From an uncultured Verrucomicrobiae bacterium (GTDB lineage Bacteria; Verrucomicrobiota; Verrucomicrobiia; Chthoniobacterales; JAATET01), in contig CAVRCI010000001.1 in assembly GCA_963719495.1 (NCBI GenBank), positions 354,864-418,863 on the forward strand: DNA of 64,000 nucleotides. The letters are read 5' to 3'. This document shows positions 18,174-28,241 of this stretch, piece by piece. A program made the translations under genes and the position numbers. How positions within the stretch are numbered: the first letter of the stretch is position 1; each line of letters opens with the position of its first letter. The notes below the pieces were generated by a model. That model saw only the letters and a program-made list of their open reading frames with translations, was not told where the DNA came from and searched no databases.

Positions 18174-20465
18174 TCACTCCACGCCCCACCATTTCGGCAG
18201 AAGCACTTTCGTCCTCGTCTCGCCGAAACGTTGGTCGATCAGCAACGCGGCCCCGCGATCCGTCTCCGATCGAATCAATCGACCCACGGCCTGCAGCACG
18301 CGCTGCATTCCGGGGAACCGATAGGCGAAATCGAAGCCCGCGCCGTGCGTGCGTTGAAACTCGTCGACCAACACGTCGCGTTCGACCGACAGCCCCGGCA
18401 GACCAATCCCGATCACCGTCACACCCACCACGCGGTCGCCGGGCAGGTCGATGCCTTCCGAGAAAATCCCGCCCAGCACCGCAAGTCCAACGGCATTCCC
18501 CGACTGCGCGAAGTTTCGCAGGAATTCATCGCGGGCTTCCTCGTCCATCCCGGACGTCTGCTCGACCAGGTGGATTCCCGCGGATTCCAATTCGTCGGAC
18601 AACGCACTCAGGTAACGGAACGACGGACAGAAAACGAGATGGTTGCCGGGCCATTCGGCGACGTGTGCCGCGAGTGCCCGGCCGACCTCCGGCAGCGAGG
18701 CCATCCGCCCCTTGTAACTGACGTCGATGGCGAGCGCGGTCACCCGCATTTGCTCCGATCCGAAGGGGGACTCGATCTCGAGCGAGCGATCCGTCGCCAC
18801 CCCACCGAGCAATTGCTGAAAATAGTCGAGCGGCGTGAGCGTCGCCGAGAAGAACACCGCCGCGCGAAGACCTTCCAGCGTCGCGGCCAGTCGCTTCGAA
18901 GCGTCCGCGCAAAAGAGGGTCACGCGTTGATCGAGCGGTTCGACGATCACCCGGCACGAGTCGTCGTAACCGTCCGCCGCCCGAAGAAATGCGAGCAATT
19001 CGAACCATGGCTCCAGCCAGGACGAAAGCTCCGCGCCCTCCGGCTGCTCCGTGAGGAAGCGCTCGATGGCACCCGAGCTCTCCCGTAATTCGATGATTAA
19101 TTCCTCCGGCCATTCCTTCCAAACTTTGGCACCGTCGTGATAGGCGCGGGCGGGCAACTCCGAAGGCGTCTCGGTCGCCGTCAGAGTTTTCAGGGCTCTT
19201 GCCACCGCGGCAAACGCCCCGCGGGCGCGCCCAGCCCCCGTCCCCTCCATCCTGGAGGCTCCGAGGAGTGCGAACTCCGCCGCCGTCAGCGAAGCGGAAT
19301 ACATCGCCCGGCTTCGGTCCACGAGGTTGTGCGCTTCGTCGACGAGAACGACGTGGCGACCGTCCGCGTTCTCGAAGTGCCGTTGCAGCCGCGCCGTCGG
19401 ATCGAAGACGTGGTTGAAATCCCCGATCACCACGTCGGTCCAGACCGAGGCGTCCAACGACAACTCGAACGGGCACACCGTGTGGGCCCGCGCCACCTCC
19501 TCGATGGCATCGCGATCAATCCGCTCGCGCTCGAGCAAATCCCGCACCGCCGGCCGGCAGCGGTCGAAATACCCGAGCGCGAACGGGCAGGTCCGCGGAT
19601 CGCAGCCGGTCGTACCGGCGTTGAAACAAATTTTCCGCTTCGCCGTGAGACTCACGCTTCTCAGCCGCGCCCCGGCTCCGCGCAGATGCTCCAGCGCCTC
19701 GTCGGCCGCGATTCGTCCCGGCGTCTTGGCGGTCACGTAGAAGATCTGGCCGTCCACGGTCGGCAACGACTTCACCGCCGGAAACAACGTCGCCAGCGTT
19801 TTGCCCGTCCCGGTGGGTGCTTCGGCAAAAAGCCGCCCGCCGTCGCGAATCGTGCGGAAGACCTCGACCGAAAATTCGCGCTGTCCCGGGCGAAATCCGC
19901 CGAGTGGGAACTCCATTGCCGCTATGCTGGCGTCCCGCTTCTCGACCCAGCGCGCTTTCGGAATCAACCATTCGAACCAAAACCGCAACGTCGCTTCGAG
20001 GAATGCGGCCAGCGTTTCCGCTTTCTCGATCTCCGGAAAATTCGTTTCCGCGTCGGTGTCGAGATCGAGGTAGGTCAGCCGCACCTCGACCTCGGTCCAC
20101 GCGCGCTGGGCGGCCAGCAATGCGGCGTAGATTCGGACCTGCGCGCGGTGCAGGGGAGCGGCCTCGCCGGACCAACCCGTCTCGACGGTCTTGATCTCCT
20201 CGACCACGGGGGGGGCGGTGTTTGCCGTGAGGCCGTCGACCCGGCCGACGAGTTTCAACTTCACACCATCACGCTCGAACTCCGCTTCGAGCGGAATTTC
20301 CGCCTCGTAGCCGTCGCCGCGGGCTCCCTGGATTTTGCGGTGACCGCGGGTGCCTTCCAACGCGCGGGTGCTCGAGAGAATCCTACCGCTGCCGCCCCGG
20401 TCACCCGTCCGATAGGCGAATTCGACAAGCTCGCGGACGGAGACGCGTTGTTCGAATTGACCCAC
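18174..20465 (-). CDS. DinG/Rad3-family Fe-S helicase with an N-terminal PD-(D/E)xK nuclease-like domain
   Basis: GRVDG...EEIKT...QVRIY; APTGTGKT, four-Cys cluster, DEAHNL, SATL, EGIDLPG, QAVGRLIR. Confidence 0.9.
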   Translation of the reverse strand: MGQFEQRVSVRELVEFAYRTGDRGGSGRILSSTRALEGTRGHRKIQGARGDGYEAEIPLEAEFERDGVKLKLVGRVDGLTANTAPPVVEEIKTVETGWSGEAAPLHRAQVRIYAALLAAQRAWTEVEVRLTYLDLDTDAETNFPEIEKAETLAAFLEATLRFWFEWLIPKARWVEKRDASIAAMEFPLGGFRPGQREFSVEVFRTIRDGGRLFAEAPTGTGKTLATLFPAVKSLPTVDGQIFYVTAKTPGRIAADEALEHLRGAGARLRSVSLTAKRKICFNAGTTGCDPRTCPFALGYFDRCRPAVRDLLERERIDRDAIEEVARAHTVCPFELSLDASVWTDVVIGDFNHVFDPTARLQRHFENADGRHVVLVDEAHNLVDRSRAMYSASLTAAEFALLGASRMEGTGAGRARGAFAAVARALKTLTATETPSELPARAYHDGAKVWKEWPEELIIELRESSGAIERFLTEQPEGAELSSWLEPWFELLAFLRAADGYDDSCRVIVEPLDQRVTLFCADASKRLAATLEGLRAAVFFSATLTPLDYFQQLLGGVATDRSLEIESPFGSEQMRVTALAIDVSYKGRMASLPEVGRALAAHVAEWPGNHLVFCPSFRYLSALSDELESAGIHLVEQTSGMDEEARDEFLRNFAQSGNAVGLAVLGGIFSEGIDLPGDRVVGVTVIGIGLPGLSVERDVLVDEFQRTHGAGFDFAYRFPGMQRVLQAVGRLIRSETDRGAALLIDQRFGETRTKVLLPKWWGVE

Positions 20466-20621
20466 GCGGCGGAGCCTATCCGACTTGATTCGGATGTGGA
20501 GTCGCTTCGATGCGCTCGAGTCGAGTCTTCACCGGGGAAATTTGCGTTTGGTGTGGGTTTGGCCGGTTTGGGGATTGCGGCGTCCAGGGAAGGAAGCGAC
20601 GGCACCCGGGGCCCGGTTGCC

Positions 20622-21377
20622 CTACCTGATCGGTCGATGGGGCGGGGCTGGCACCGCTTGGTTGGCCCGGTTGGCTCGCTTTTCGCGATGGCCAAGTTCG
20701 TCAGCTCCTTCGATCACCAGGCAAATTTCTCCTTTCGGTGGGCGGACCGTGTAGTGCTCGAGCAAAACTGACGGTGACTCGATCCGATATTCTTCGAATT
20801 TCTTGGTCAGCTCGCGGGCGACGCACACGCGACGCTCCGGGGCAATTTCCGCCAGGACAGCCAGGGATTTGACCAGTCGGTGCGGGCTTTCAAAGAAAAC
20901 GCTCGTGCCCGTTTCCGCGAGAGCGGCTTCGAGCGCGTTGCGGCGTTGGCCGGACTTGACCGGCAGGAATCCGGCGAATCGAAAGTGCGTAGCGTCGAAC
21001 CCCGAGCCGACGACCGAAGTCACGACCGCCGACGCACCCGGCAGCACCGTGTATTCCACATCCGATTGCGCGCACGCCCGAACCAGTCTCATGCCCGGAT
21101 CGGACACGCCCGGCATCCCCGCGTCCGTGATCAAAGCGACGTTCTTCCCGGCCCTCAGATCCTCGAGCAATTCCGCGGTTCGCTGCGCTTCGTTGTGGGC
21201 GTGGAAGCTGACGAACGGTTTCGAGATCCCGTGGTGCTTGAGCAGGATTCCCGAGTGGCGCGTGTCCTCGGCCGCAACAACGTCCGCATCCCGCAGCGCG
21301 GCCAAGGCCCGCAGGGTGATGTCGTCGAGATTACCGATCGGCGTCGGAACGATGGTCAACACGGCCGCGCCCTCCAC
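20622..21377 (-). CDS. rsmI: 16S rRNA (cytidine1402-2'-O)-methyltransferase
   Basis: PTPIGNLDDITLRA, AEDTRH, DAGMPGVSDPG, FESPHRL, RELTKKFEE. Confidence 0.95.
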   Translation of the reverse strand: MEGAAVLTIVPTPIGNLDDITLRALAALRDADVVAAEDTRHSGILLKHHGISKPFVSFHAHNEAQRTAELLEDLRAGKNVALITDAGMPGVSDPGMRLVRACAQSDVEYTVLPGASAVVTSVVGSGFDATHFRFAGFLPVKSGQRRNALEAALAETGTSVFFESPHRLVKSLAVLAEIAPERRVCVARELTKKFEEYRIESPSVLLEHYTVRPPKGEICLVIEGADELGHREKRANRANQAVPAPPHRPIR

Positions 21378-21401
21378 TCGAAAATCGAAAATCGAAAATC
21401 C

Positions 21402-21959
21402 TCAGAACCCTTCCGTCAGCTGCCCGGTGAGCTCGATTGCCACCTGCTGAACGGCCTGAACGAACGCCTGGCGCTCGTCGGTCTGGAGATCGTTGTTGAT
21501 GAAGAACGAAGTGTCGGCGTTGACGGTGCCGCCTTGGATCACCCGACCGGTCACTCGATCCACCAGCTCATATTCGACGGAGAGGCGGAGGTTGAACTCC
21601 TGAGTCGCGAGCACGTTGTTTCGAACGGCGCGAGCCTGGCGACGTTCGGCGTTATCGAGCGTGCAATAGAGGATGGCGTCGGCCCGCTCATCGGACACGA
21701 TTTGGTAGGTGCCATCCTGCTGCAGTTGCTTGATGAGCGTGTCGGCCATGAGGACCTCGATGCGCGGCTCGTAGGTCTTGTTTTTGAAGGTTTGGACCGC
21801 CAGCGTCTCGACATCGCGCAAAATGGCGGGCTTGGCGGGCCCGAGGTGGTAGCCGCAGCCCGAGACAAGGGCGGACAGAATCAGCACCAGTGCAAAGGCA
21901 GAGCGTCGCAGTGGAATTTGGCACCAGGCTGGCGCGGCAAGTGGCTGGGAAGCGCTCAT
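21402..21959 (-). CDS. lptE: LptE-family lipoprotein
   Basis: Lipobox LVSGC-GYHLG, FKNKTYEPRIE; adjacent to bamD. Confidence 0.75.
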   Translation of the reverse strand: MSASQPLAAPAWCQIPLRRSAFALVLILSALVSGCGYHLGPAKPAILRDVETLAVQTFKNKTYEPRIEVLMADTLIKQLQQDGTYQIVSDERADAILYCTLDNAERRQARAVRNNVLATQEFNLRLSVEYELVDRVTGRVIQGGTVNADTSFFINNDLQTDERQAFVQAVQQVAIELTGQLTEGF

Positions 21960-23206
21960 TCCGTTGGCAGATCGGGTTCCACGGCTGGGAGCGGCCGCAC
22001 GTCGTCCACCGAGGTCCGCATGCGCGGGGCGCTGGCTGGCAGTTCATCCGGGACGATCGTGCGGGTCGGCGGGCCGGAGTAGTCGGCCAACGCCGAAGTC
22101 TCGACCTGCGCTTGGAGGCGGCGGCGGAGCGCGGCTTTCTCGCCCGTATCGGCGCTCTCGGGGCCGGTTCGTAGCGCGTCATCGCCGTATTGGCTGCGAA
22201 GCTCCTCAATGCGGGCCTTCGCGAGATTGGCGTCTTCGGTGTTCGGCTGGCGACGGATGACGTCGTTGTAATAAATGACGGCTGCTTTGAGATCCTTGCT
22301 GAACTCGTAGAACCTCGCGATCCGAAGAATGTCGGAGGACTGCTTGCCGTCGAGCTGTTCGAGATTCTCGCGAGCCTGCGGGAGCTTTTCGCTGTCGGGA
22401 TACTCGATGATGAAATCCTCGAACGTGTTGCGGGCCGCCACGAGCGACGACATGTCCTGCGACTGGTCGGCGAAGCCGACTCGCATGTAGACGAATCCGA
22501 TCTGGTAGAGTGCGTCGTCGCAGACGTCGCTTTTCGGATAATTGTCGAGGAGGGTCTGGTAGGAACGGACCGCTTCGAAGGGGAGACTCTGCTTCTCGTA
22601 GGCGAGGCCGAGGTTGAACTGGGCGATGGGCGCGAATTTGCTGAAGGGCGCGTTGCCGACGATGGCGGCATACATTTCCTGGGCACGCTCGGCGGAATTT
22701 CCAATGGGGATTCCGAAGAAGACCTGGGGTTTTCCGGCGAGGTAGGCGTTGGCGATGGTGACCTGCGCGGCGACGGCTCGCTCGAAGTTCGGCGTGTCCG
22801 GGTAACGCTGCAGCAGGTATTGGTAGGCGTCGAAGGCTTTGGACGCCTTCCCCTGAGCTTCGAGTAGCTCGGCGACGCGGAACTGGGCGGGGCCGGCGGG
22901 CTTGGCGAACGGATACTGCTTGATGGCCCGCTTATACGCGGTGAGCGCCCGATCGACGGACCCGGCTTCGTCGAGAGCCAGCGCGCTGGCGTAAAGCGCT
23001 TGGGCGTCGGCGATCTGGGCTTCCGTCATTTCCTCGGCGGAATCCGTCTGCACAATCGGTGCCGCCTCGATCCGCTCCGGCACCTGCGCGCCGGGCGATC
23101 GGCCCGTCTGAGCGAGCGCCAAGTCGACCGCACAGACCGTCAAGATCCCGGTCAGCGCAAAGGTGCGGACCGAGCTAATCGAGGAGTGGCTGAAACCAAG
23201 TCGCAT
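21956..23206 (-). CDS. bamD: Outer membrane protein assembly factor BamD-like TPR protein
   Basis: Signal peptide and repeated TPR units (YP.S, AQFNLG, IARFY). Confidence 0.8.
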   Translation of the reverse strand: MRLGFSHSSISSVRTFALTGILTVCAVDLALAQTGRSPGAQVPERIEAAPIVQTDSAEEMTEAQIADAQALYASALALDEAGSVDRALTAYKRAIKQYPFAKPAGPAQFRVAELLEAQGKASKAFDAYQYLLQRYPDTPNFERAVAAQVTIANAYLAGKPQVFFGIPIGNSAERAQEMYAAIVGNAPFSKFAPIAQFNLGLAYEKQSLPFEAVRSYQTLLDNYPKSDVCDDALYQIGFVYMRVGFADQSQDMSSLVAARNTFEDFIIEYPDSEKLPQARENLEQLDGKQSSDILRIARFYEFSKDLKAAVIYYNDVIRRQPNTEDANLAKARIEELRSQYGDDALRTGPESADTGEKAALRRRLQAQVETSALADYSGPPTRTIVPDELPASAPRMRTSVDDVRPLPAVEPDLPTE

Positions 23207-23295
23207 GCGGACGGTGAAGGTATGGAGGGGCTAGTTGAGCGTCAAGGGAACGATGGTTGGTTCGTGTCGAACGGGTGCAGGACAAAAATCTTCAA

Positions 23296-24656
23296 TCATG
23301 CGGCGAGGGGGAGCGTGTCGTTCTCAGCGGCGCGTGAGTTGAGGCGGTATTTCCAGAACGAGTTCGTTCTGCGGCTGGCATGGATGCACCGGAAGGCGAG
23401 GACTTTGTCCGCGCCAGGCTCGCCCCAGAACATGCCCGATTGCTTGCATCGCTTTCCGATGAGTGAGCGGCAGCCGGCTTCGACGACTCCGGAGCCGATG
23501 AAGTATTTTCTGGCCCGGAAGGTTCCGTATTGCATGCGCGGGATGTTGTTCACGAAGTAGCCCAAAGTGGTTTCCACCTGTGCCACATTGCCGCGAAGGA
23601 GGGCTTCCTGGCGCGCCTGCTTGATGATGCGCTCGACCCCGTCGTGAGCGAGGAGTTTTTTCCAGTGATGTCTGCGGCGCTTGTTGCGGGCCTGCTCCGC
23701 TTTGCCCCAGAGGGTTTCGATCAGGGTCTGGAGGTGTTCCATGGCGTGGTAGAAGTCCACGATTTGGACGGCATCCGGAAAGTAATCGTGCCCGAGCTTT
23801 TCCAAGCCGGGGGCTCCGTCGATGAGCAGGACGGTTTCCGGGGCCGAGAACAAGCCGCGCCGAATGGCCTCGCGACGCAGGCTGATTCCAAAGTCCGAGG
23901 GGCTCTGGAAGGCGGAGAGGTAGGTGGTGGAGTCGTGGTCGCGCAGGGGGCGACCTTGGTCATCTTCTTTGGTCTGGGTGAAGACGCAACCGAGCGTGGC
24001 CATGCGGGTTTTGGCTTTTGCGTCGGGGGCTTTGCCTTTGCGGCCAGCGAGTTCATCCCGGCGCATGGGCACTCCGGTGGCGTCCGCGCTGACGTAGAGG
24101 ATCCTGGCCTCGCAGGGGCCGGGGGCCGATTCTCGTTTTTGCCACGCCACGGCGCACTCGCCCGTGCGGCCAACCACACGCTGGATCTGGCGCTCGGAGA
24201 CGGAGATGCCGCCAGTTTCCGCGAGGTGGAAGCAAGCCTGCTGGAAGCTGCTTTCATCCGCTCCCTCCAAGCAGATGAGCCGGGCCAGGGCGGGGGTGTA
24301 GGCCCCTTCCAGACCGAGGGCCGAATCGGCCGGGAAGTGGCCGCATTTTTTCCCGGGATGGTAGTAGTATTGGCGCAGCAGCGCGAAGGAGCCGAACATG
24401 CCCTGGACCATGAGAACCTCGCGCCCCTTGGCTTGTTCGCCGGGCTTGGGGAGGTAGGCCGCGTCAATGCGCTCGGCGGCTTGCTGCAGGAGCATGGCCA
24501 CCAGTTCGTTGGCTGGTTTGAAGATGGCTGTGCGCACGAGGACTTCCAACTCGGCGACGGCAGTTCCGGCTGGCTCTTTGCTGCGGAACGCGGCGATCAG
24601 GTCTTGGATTTCCGCTTCCTGGGCGAGGCAGATGTTTGGGTCGGGCGTTTTTTTTT
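23296..24656 (-). CDS. IS transposase OrfB (DDE)
   Basis: ADATGVP, IDGAPG, VDFYHAMEHL, IGSGVVEAGC...RCKQSGMFW; frame open up to the A9 run. Confidence 0.9.
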
Positions 24657-24935
24657 AGCCCCGGCCTTGCGATCCTGCCTGCTCTGCGCGGTGATCAAGT
24701 CCGCATACTCGCCGACAAGAGACTGGAAGCGATGATGGGCATCAATGTTCTCCTGGGCTTGGGCCACCTGATCGGCCGGGACGTATTCGGTCACGTTTCG
24801 CCCACCCTCCCTACGCTGGAGATTGAAGTAAGATCCGCTCTGGCCTTGACGGATCACCGAGAGCTTTCCTCGCTCCATGCGGTCGATGGCCGCGATTTGA
24901 TCAAGGATGGCACGAGGTGCGGTATTTGGGTTCAT
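24597..24935 (-). CDS. IS OrfA (N-terminal part of the transposase)
   Basis: MERGKLS...YFNLQRREGGRNVTEYV; overlaps the OrfB frame at an A9 slippery run. Confidence 0.8.
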   Translation of the reverse strand: MNPNTAPRAILDQIAAIDRMERGKLSVIRQGQSGSYFNLQRREGGRNVTEYVPADQVAQAQENIDAHHRFQSLVGEYADLITAQSRQDRKAGAKKKRPTQTSASPRKRKSKT

Positions 24936-25068
24936 CAATCAAACGTATATGTAAACGCATATACTTTGGCAGTAAAAATACCTCGCTGAAATGCTTTTTC
25001 AGAGATTTTTGTCCTGCACCCGTGTCGAACCGCGCGAAGTGAAAATCGCCGCGGGGCGTGTCCAAACC

Positions 25069-25161
25069 TGTCATTTTGAGCGAAGCGAAAAATCTCTGGC
25101 CCACACTGCATTTCACCCCAGGGTGAGAAGTCAGAGATGTTTCGGTTCCCTCAACATGACA
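25069..25161. repeat. TGTCAT...ATGACA long inverted-repeat element
   Basis: TGTCATTTTGAGCGAAGCGAAAAATCTCTG pairs imperfectly with CAGAGATGTTTCGGTTCCCTCAACATGACA. Confidence 0.75.
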
Positions 25162-25292
25162 TTGATTTGGACCGAGGCATCATCCGGCAGTCTAACGCGC
25201 TTGCCCGACCGACATTCTCGCAGCACCACTACCGTCCCGCGCCAACGACGCCGCCCTTCCGGGCGAACGCCATTGGCGACCGGACTCCCGAA

Positions 25293-25760
25293 CTACGCGT
25301 CGGGCGTGGTCTCCGCGTCTTTCGCGGCTTCCTTCTTCGGCTTCGTGGCCTTGGCTTTCTTGGCGGGAGCGGCGACCTCGACGGCCTCCACATCAGCTTC
25401 GACGACGGTGTCGACCCACTCGATGAAGGCCATCGGCGCGGAATCACTCTGGCGGGGCCCAAGCTTGATGATGCGGGTGTAACCGCCTTGGCGCGAAGCC
25501 GCGCGGGGCGCGATCTCGGCGAACAGTTTCTGCACGGCGACCTTCTGGCCGAGGTAACCGGCGGCGAGTCGGCGGGCGTGGAGATCACCCCGTTTTCCGA
25601 GGGTCACCATCTTCTCCGCGAACGGGCGCACGGCCTTGGCCTTGGCGAGGGTGGTCTTGATGCGATGGTGCTCGATCAGGCTCACGACCTGATTGGCGAG
25701 CATGGCGTCGCGGTGGGCCTGCGAGCGGCCCAGCTTGATGGTTTTGACTTGATGTCTCAT
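25293..25760 (-). CDS. rplQ: 50S ribosomal protein L17
   Basis: MRH...LGR...[27 protein letters not shown]. Confidence 0.98.
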   Translation of the reverse strand: MRHQVKTIKLGRSQAHRDAMLANQVVSLIEHHRIKTTLAKAKAVRPFAEKMVTLGKRGDLHARRLAAGYLGQKVAVQKLFAEIAPRAASRQGGYTRIIKLGPRQSDSAPMAFIEWVDTVVEADVEAVEVAAPAKKAKATKPKKEAAKDAETTPDA

Positions 25761-25780
25761 GGCTTAAAGGAGGCTTGGGA

Positions 25781-26794
25781 TCACTCCGCCGCCGGGGCTT
25801 CGGCGGGAAGGTCGATCAGACCGGGTTCGAATTTCAGACCAAGGCCGAGTCCAAGCTGGATGAGCTTGTCCTTGATCTCGTTGAGCGACTTCTTGCCGAA
25901 GTTGCGATACTTGAGCATCTCGGCTTCGGATTTCATCGCGAGCTGACCGACGGTCGTGATGTTCGCGTTGTTGAGGCAGTTCGCCGCGCGGACGGAGAGC
26001 TCGATCTCGTTGACGCTCATGTTGAGAAGCTTCTTGAGGCGGCTGTTTTCCTGACTGACTTCCTGCGGAGTCTCGTCGAACTCGATCTGCTCGTCGTCGT
26101 AGTTGACGAAGACGTCGAGGTGCTTGCGGAGAATCGCGGAGGCTTGGAGCACCGCGTCTTCGGGCGTGATGCGACCGTCCGTCCAGACGTCGATCACGAG
26201 CTTGTCGTAATCGGTGCGCTGGCCGACGCGGGTCTGCTCGACGGCGTATTTCACGCGGGTAACGGGCGAGAAAATCGAATCGATGGCGATCTGCCCGATC
26301 GGCATGTCGGCGAATTTGTTCTGGTCGCCGGTCGCGAATCCACGGCCAACCTTGACCTCGAATTCAGCCTCGAACTTCTGCTTCTTATCGAGCGTGCAGA
26401 TGTGCTGGTCGGGGTTAAGAACTTCGCACTGGGTCGTCGACTGGATGTCGGCGGCGGTGATGGCGCCTTCGCGGTTCACCGAGAGGGAAAGGTTGCGAAT
26501 TTCGTTCTCGTGGGCTTTGAATTTGACCTTCTTGAGGTTGAGAATGATGTCGACCACGTCTTCGACCACGCCGGGGAGGCTGGTGAACTCGTGGGCCGCG
26601 CCCTCGATCTTGACGGAGGTGATGGCGGCGCCTTCCAGCGAGGAAAGCAGCACGCGGCGGAGAGAGTTCCCGACGGTGTGTCCAAATCCGGCCTCGAATG
26701 GCTCGGCGATGAACTTCGTGTAGGTGTCGGTGGCGGTGGCCTCGTCCCGGGAAAGGGATTTGGGCATTTCGAATCGTCCAAGACGAACAGGCAT
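25781..26794 (-). CDS. rpoA: RNA polymerase alpha subunit
   Basis: EPFEAGFGHTVGNSLRRVLLSS, HEF, RVGQRTDYDKL, ELSVRAANCL, RNFGKKSLNEI. Confidence 0.98.
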   Translation of the reverse strand: MPVRLGRFEMPKSLSRDEATATDTYTKFIAEPFEAGFGHTVGNSLRRVLLSSLEGAAITSVKIEGAAHEFTSLPGVVEDVVDIILNLKKVKFKAHENEIRNLSLSVNREGAITAADIQSTTQCEVLNPDQHICTLDKKQKFEAEFEVKVGRGFATGDQNKFADMPIGQIAIDSIFSPVTRVKYAVEQTRVGQRTDYDKLVIDVWTDGRITPEDAVLQASAILRKHLDVFVNYDDEQIEFDETPQEVSQENSRLKKLLNMSVNEIELSVRAANCLNNANITTVGQLAMKSEAEMLKYRNFGKKSLNEIKDKLIQLGLGLGLKFEPGLIDLPAEAPAAE

Positions 26795-27083
26795 GATGAT
26801 AATTGAGTTTGCGAACACCGGGTTTCCCCCGACGCGGAAATGAGATCGTCGAAGACGATTCATCGGGGACCAACGGCGCGATTTGATACTGACAGAATCC
26901 GCGCGAGCCGGGGAAAGTGCGGGACGAAGGCGCGGTTGTCAAGGACTGGATGCGGACTGGATGCGGAATTCGCGCAACCCAGGACTTCGAGACCAGTCCA
27001 TCAGCTTGCCGTCCGAATCGATGCTAATCGTTGCGGAAAAGCATAAACTTCCCGGTCAGGCGTTCCCGCTTCCGATCCGGCAA

Positions 27084-27137
27084 CGCAAGCTTCCAGCTTG
27101 CACGAATGCGTTCAGGCAAGCTGGAAGCTTGGGCTAC
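27084..27137. repeat. Inverted pair of TTCCA-loop REP-like hairpins
   Basis: GCAAGCTTCCAGCTTGC followed by GCAAGCTGGAAGCTTGGGCTAC. Confidence 0.8.
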
Positions 27138-27191
27138 CCCGTTTGACTCGTCTTTCCATCCGAAGCTTTTGCCCACTGTCGACACCGACCG

Positions 27192-28175
27192 TCACGCCAA
27201 AGCCTCGCGCACCACGTCGTCCGGCGAAACGCCCTCGGCCTCGCCTTCGAAGTTCATCACCACCCGGTGCCGCAGAGCCGCCAAGGCCACCGCTCGGATA
27301 TCTTCCTTCGCGACGTGATAACGCCCCGCCAGCAGCGCCTCGATCTTCGCGCACAGCACCAGCGCCTGCGCCCCCCGCGGACTCGCCCCGTAGCGCACGA
27401 AGCGCCGCGCGGAGTCGGTCTTCCCGGCCTCCGGGTGCGTCGCCATCACGAGCCGCACCGCCTCGGCCTGCACCTCCCGCACGATCGGGACCTCGCGGAT
27501 CAGCCGCTGGTGCGCCCGCAGATCCTCGGCCGAAGCCACGATCCGCCGGGCCGTGTCGTCCGCCGCCGCCGTCGTGCGATCCAGGATCGCGTGCAGTTCG
27601 TCCTCCGATGGATACCCGACGAGCAACTTCAACAAAAACCGATCCAGCTGCGCCTCGGGCAGCGGATACGTGCCCTCCATTTCCAAAGGATTCTGCGTCG
27701 CCAGCACGAGGAATGGGTCCGGCATGCCACGGGTCTCGCCGCCCACCGTCGCGTGCCGTTCCTGCATCGCCTCGAGCAGGGCGCTCTGCGTTTTCGGCGT
27801 CGCGCGGTTGATTTCGTCGGCAAGCAGGATGTTCGTGAAGATCGGCCCAGGCTGGAATTGAAACTGCTTCGTCCCGCCGTCGTCGAAGATGAGACTCGTC
27901 CCGACGACGTCAGCCGGCATCAGGTCGGGCGTGAATTGGATCCGCGAAAATTCCAGCCCCGTCACCGCCCCGAGCGTCCGCACCAGCAACGTCTTCCCCA
28001 ATCCCGGCGCGCCCTCGAGCAAAACGTGCCCCCCCGCGAAGAGCGCCGTCAGCAAGCCGCGCACCGTCTCGCGCTGACCCACCACGACCCGCCCCAGCTC
28101 CTCCTCCAGCGCCGCGAACGACCGCCGAAACTCCGTCACCCGCTCCTTCGTCTGCTCCGAATCGTCCACGATCAA
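27192..28175 (-). CDS. MoxR-family AAA+ ATPase
   Basis: GAPGLGKT, RIQFTPDLMPAD, DEINRATPKTQSALLEAM, ATQNPLEMEGTYPLPEAQLDRF. Confidence 0.96.
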   Translation of the reverse strand: MIVDDSEQTKERVTEFRRSFAALEEELGRVVVGQRETVRGLLTALFAGGHVLLEGAPGLGKTLLVRTLGAVTGLEFSRIQFTPDLMPADVVGTSLIFDDGGTKQFQFQPGPIFTNILLADEINRATPKTQSALLEAMQERHATVGGETRGMPDPFLVLATQNPLEMEGTYPLPEAQLDRFLLKLLVGYPSEDELHAILDRTTAAADDTARRIVASAEDLRAHQRLIREVPIVREVQAEAVRLVMATHPEAGKTDSARRFVRYGASPRGAQALVLCAKIEALLAGRYHVAKEDIRAVALAALRHRVVMNFEGEAEGVSPDDVVREALA

Positions 28176-28241
28176 AATTCAAGCGCAATCACGACCCCCC
28201 ACCAATCACTATTCACCAGTCACCGATCACGCGCCGCCGCC

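Larger units (their letters stand above)
23273..25021 (-). mobile_element. Complete insertion sequence, ISKra4-like (1749 bp)
   Basis: Perfect 19-bp terminal inverted repeats GGGTGCAGGACAAAAATCT (23273-23291 and 25003-25021); direct repeat GTGTCGAAC at 23264-23272 and 25022-25030. Confidence 0.93.
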
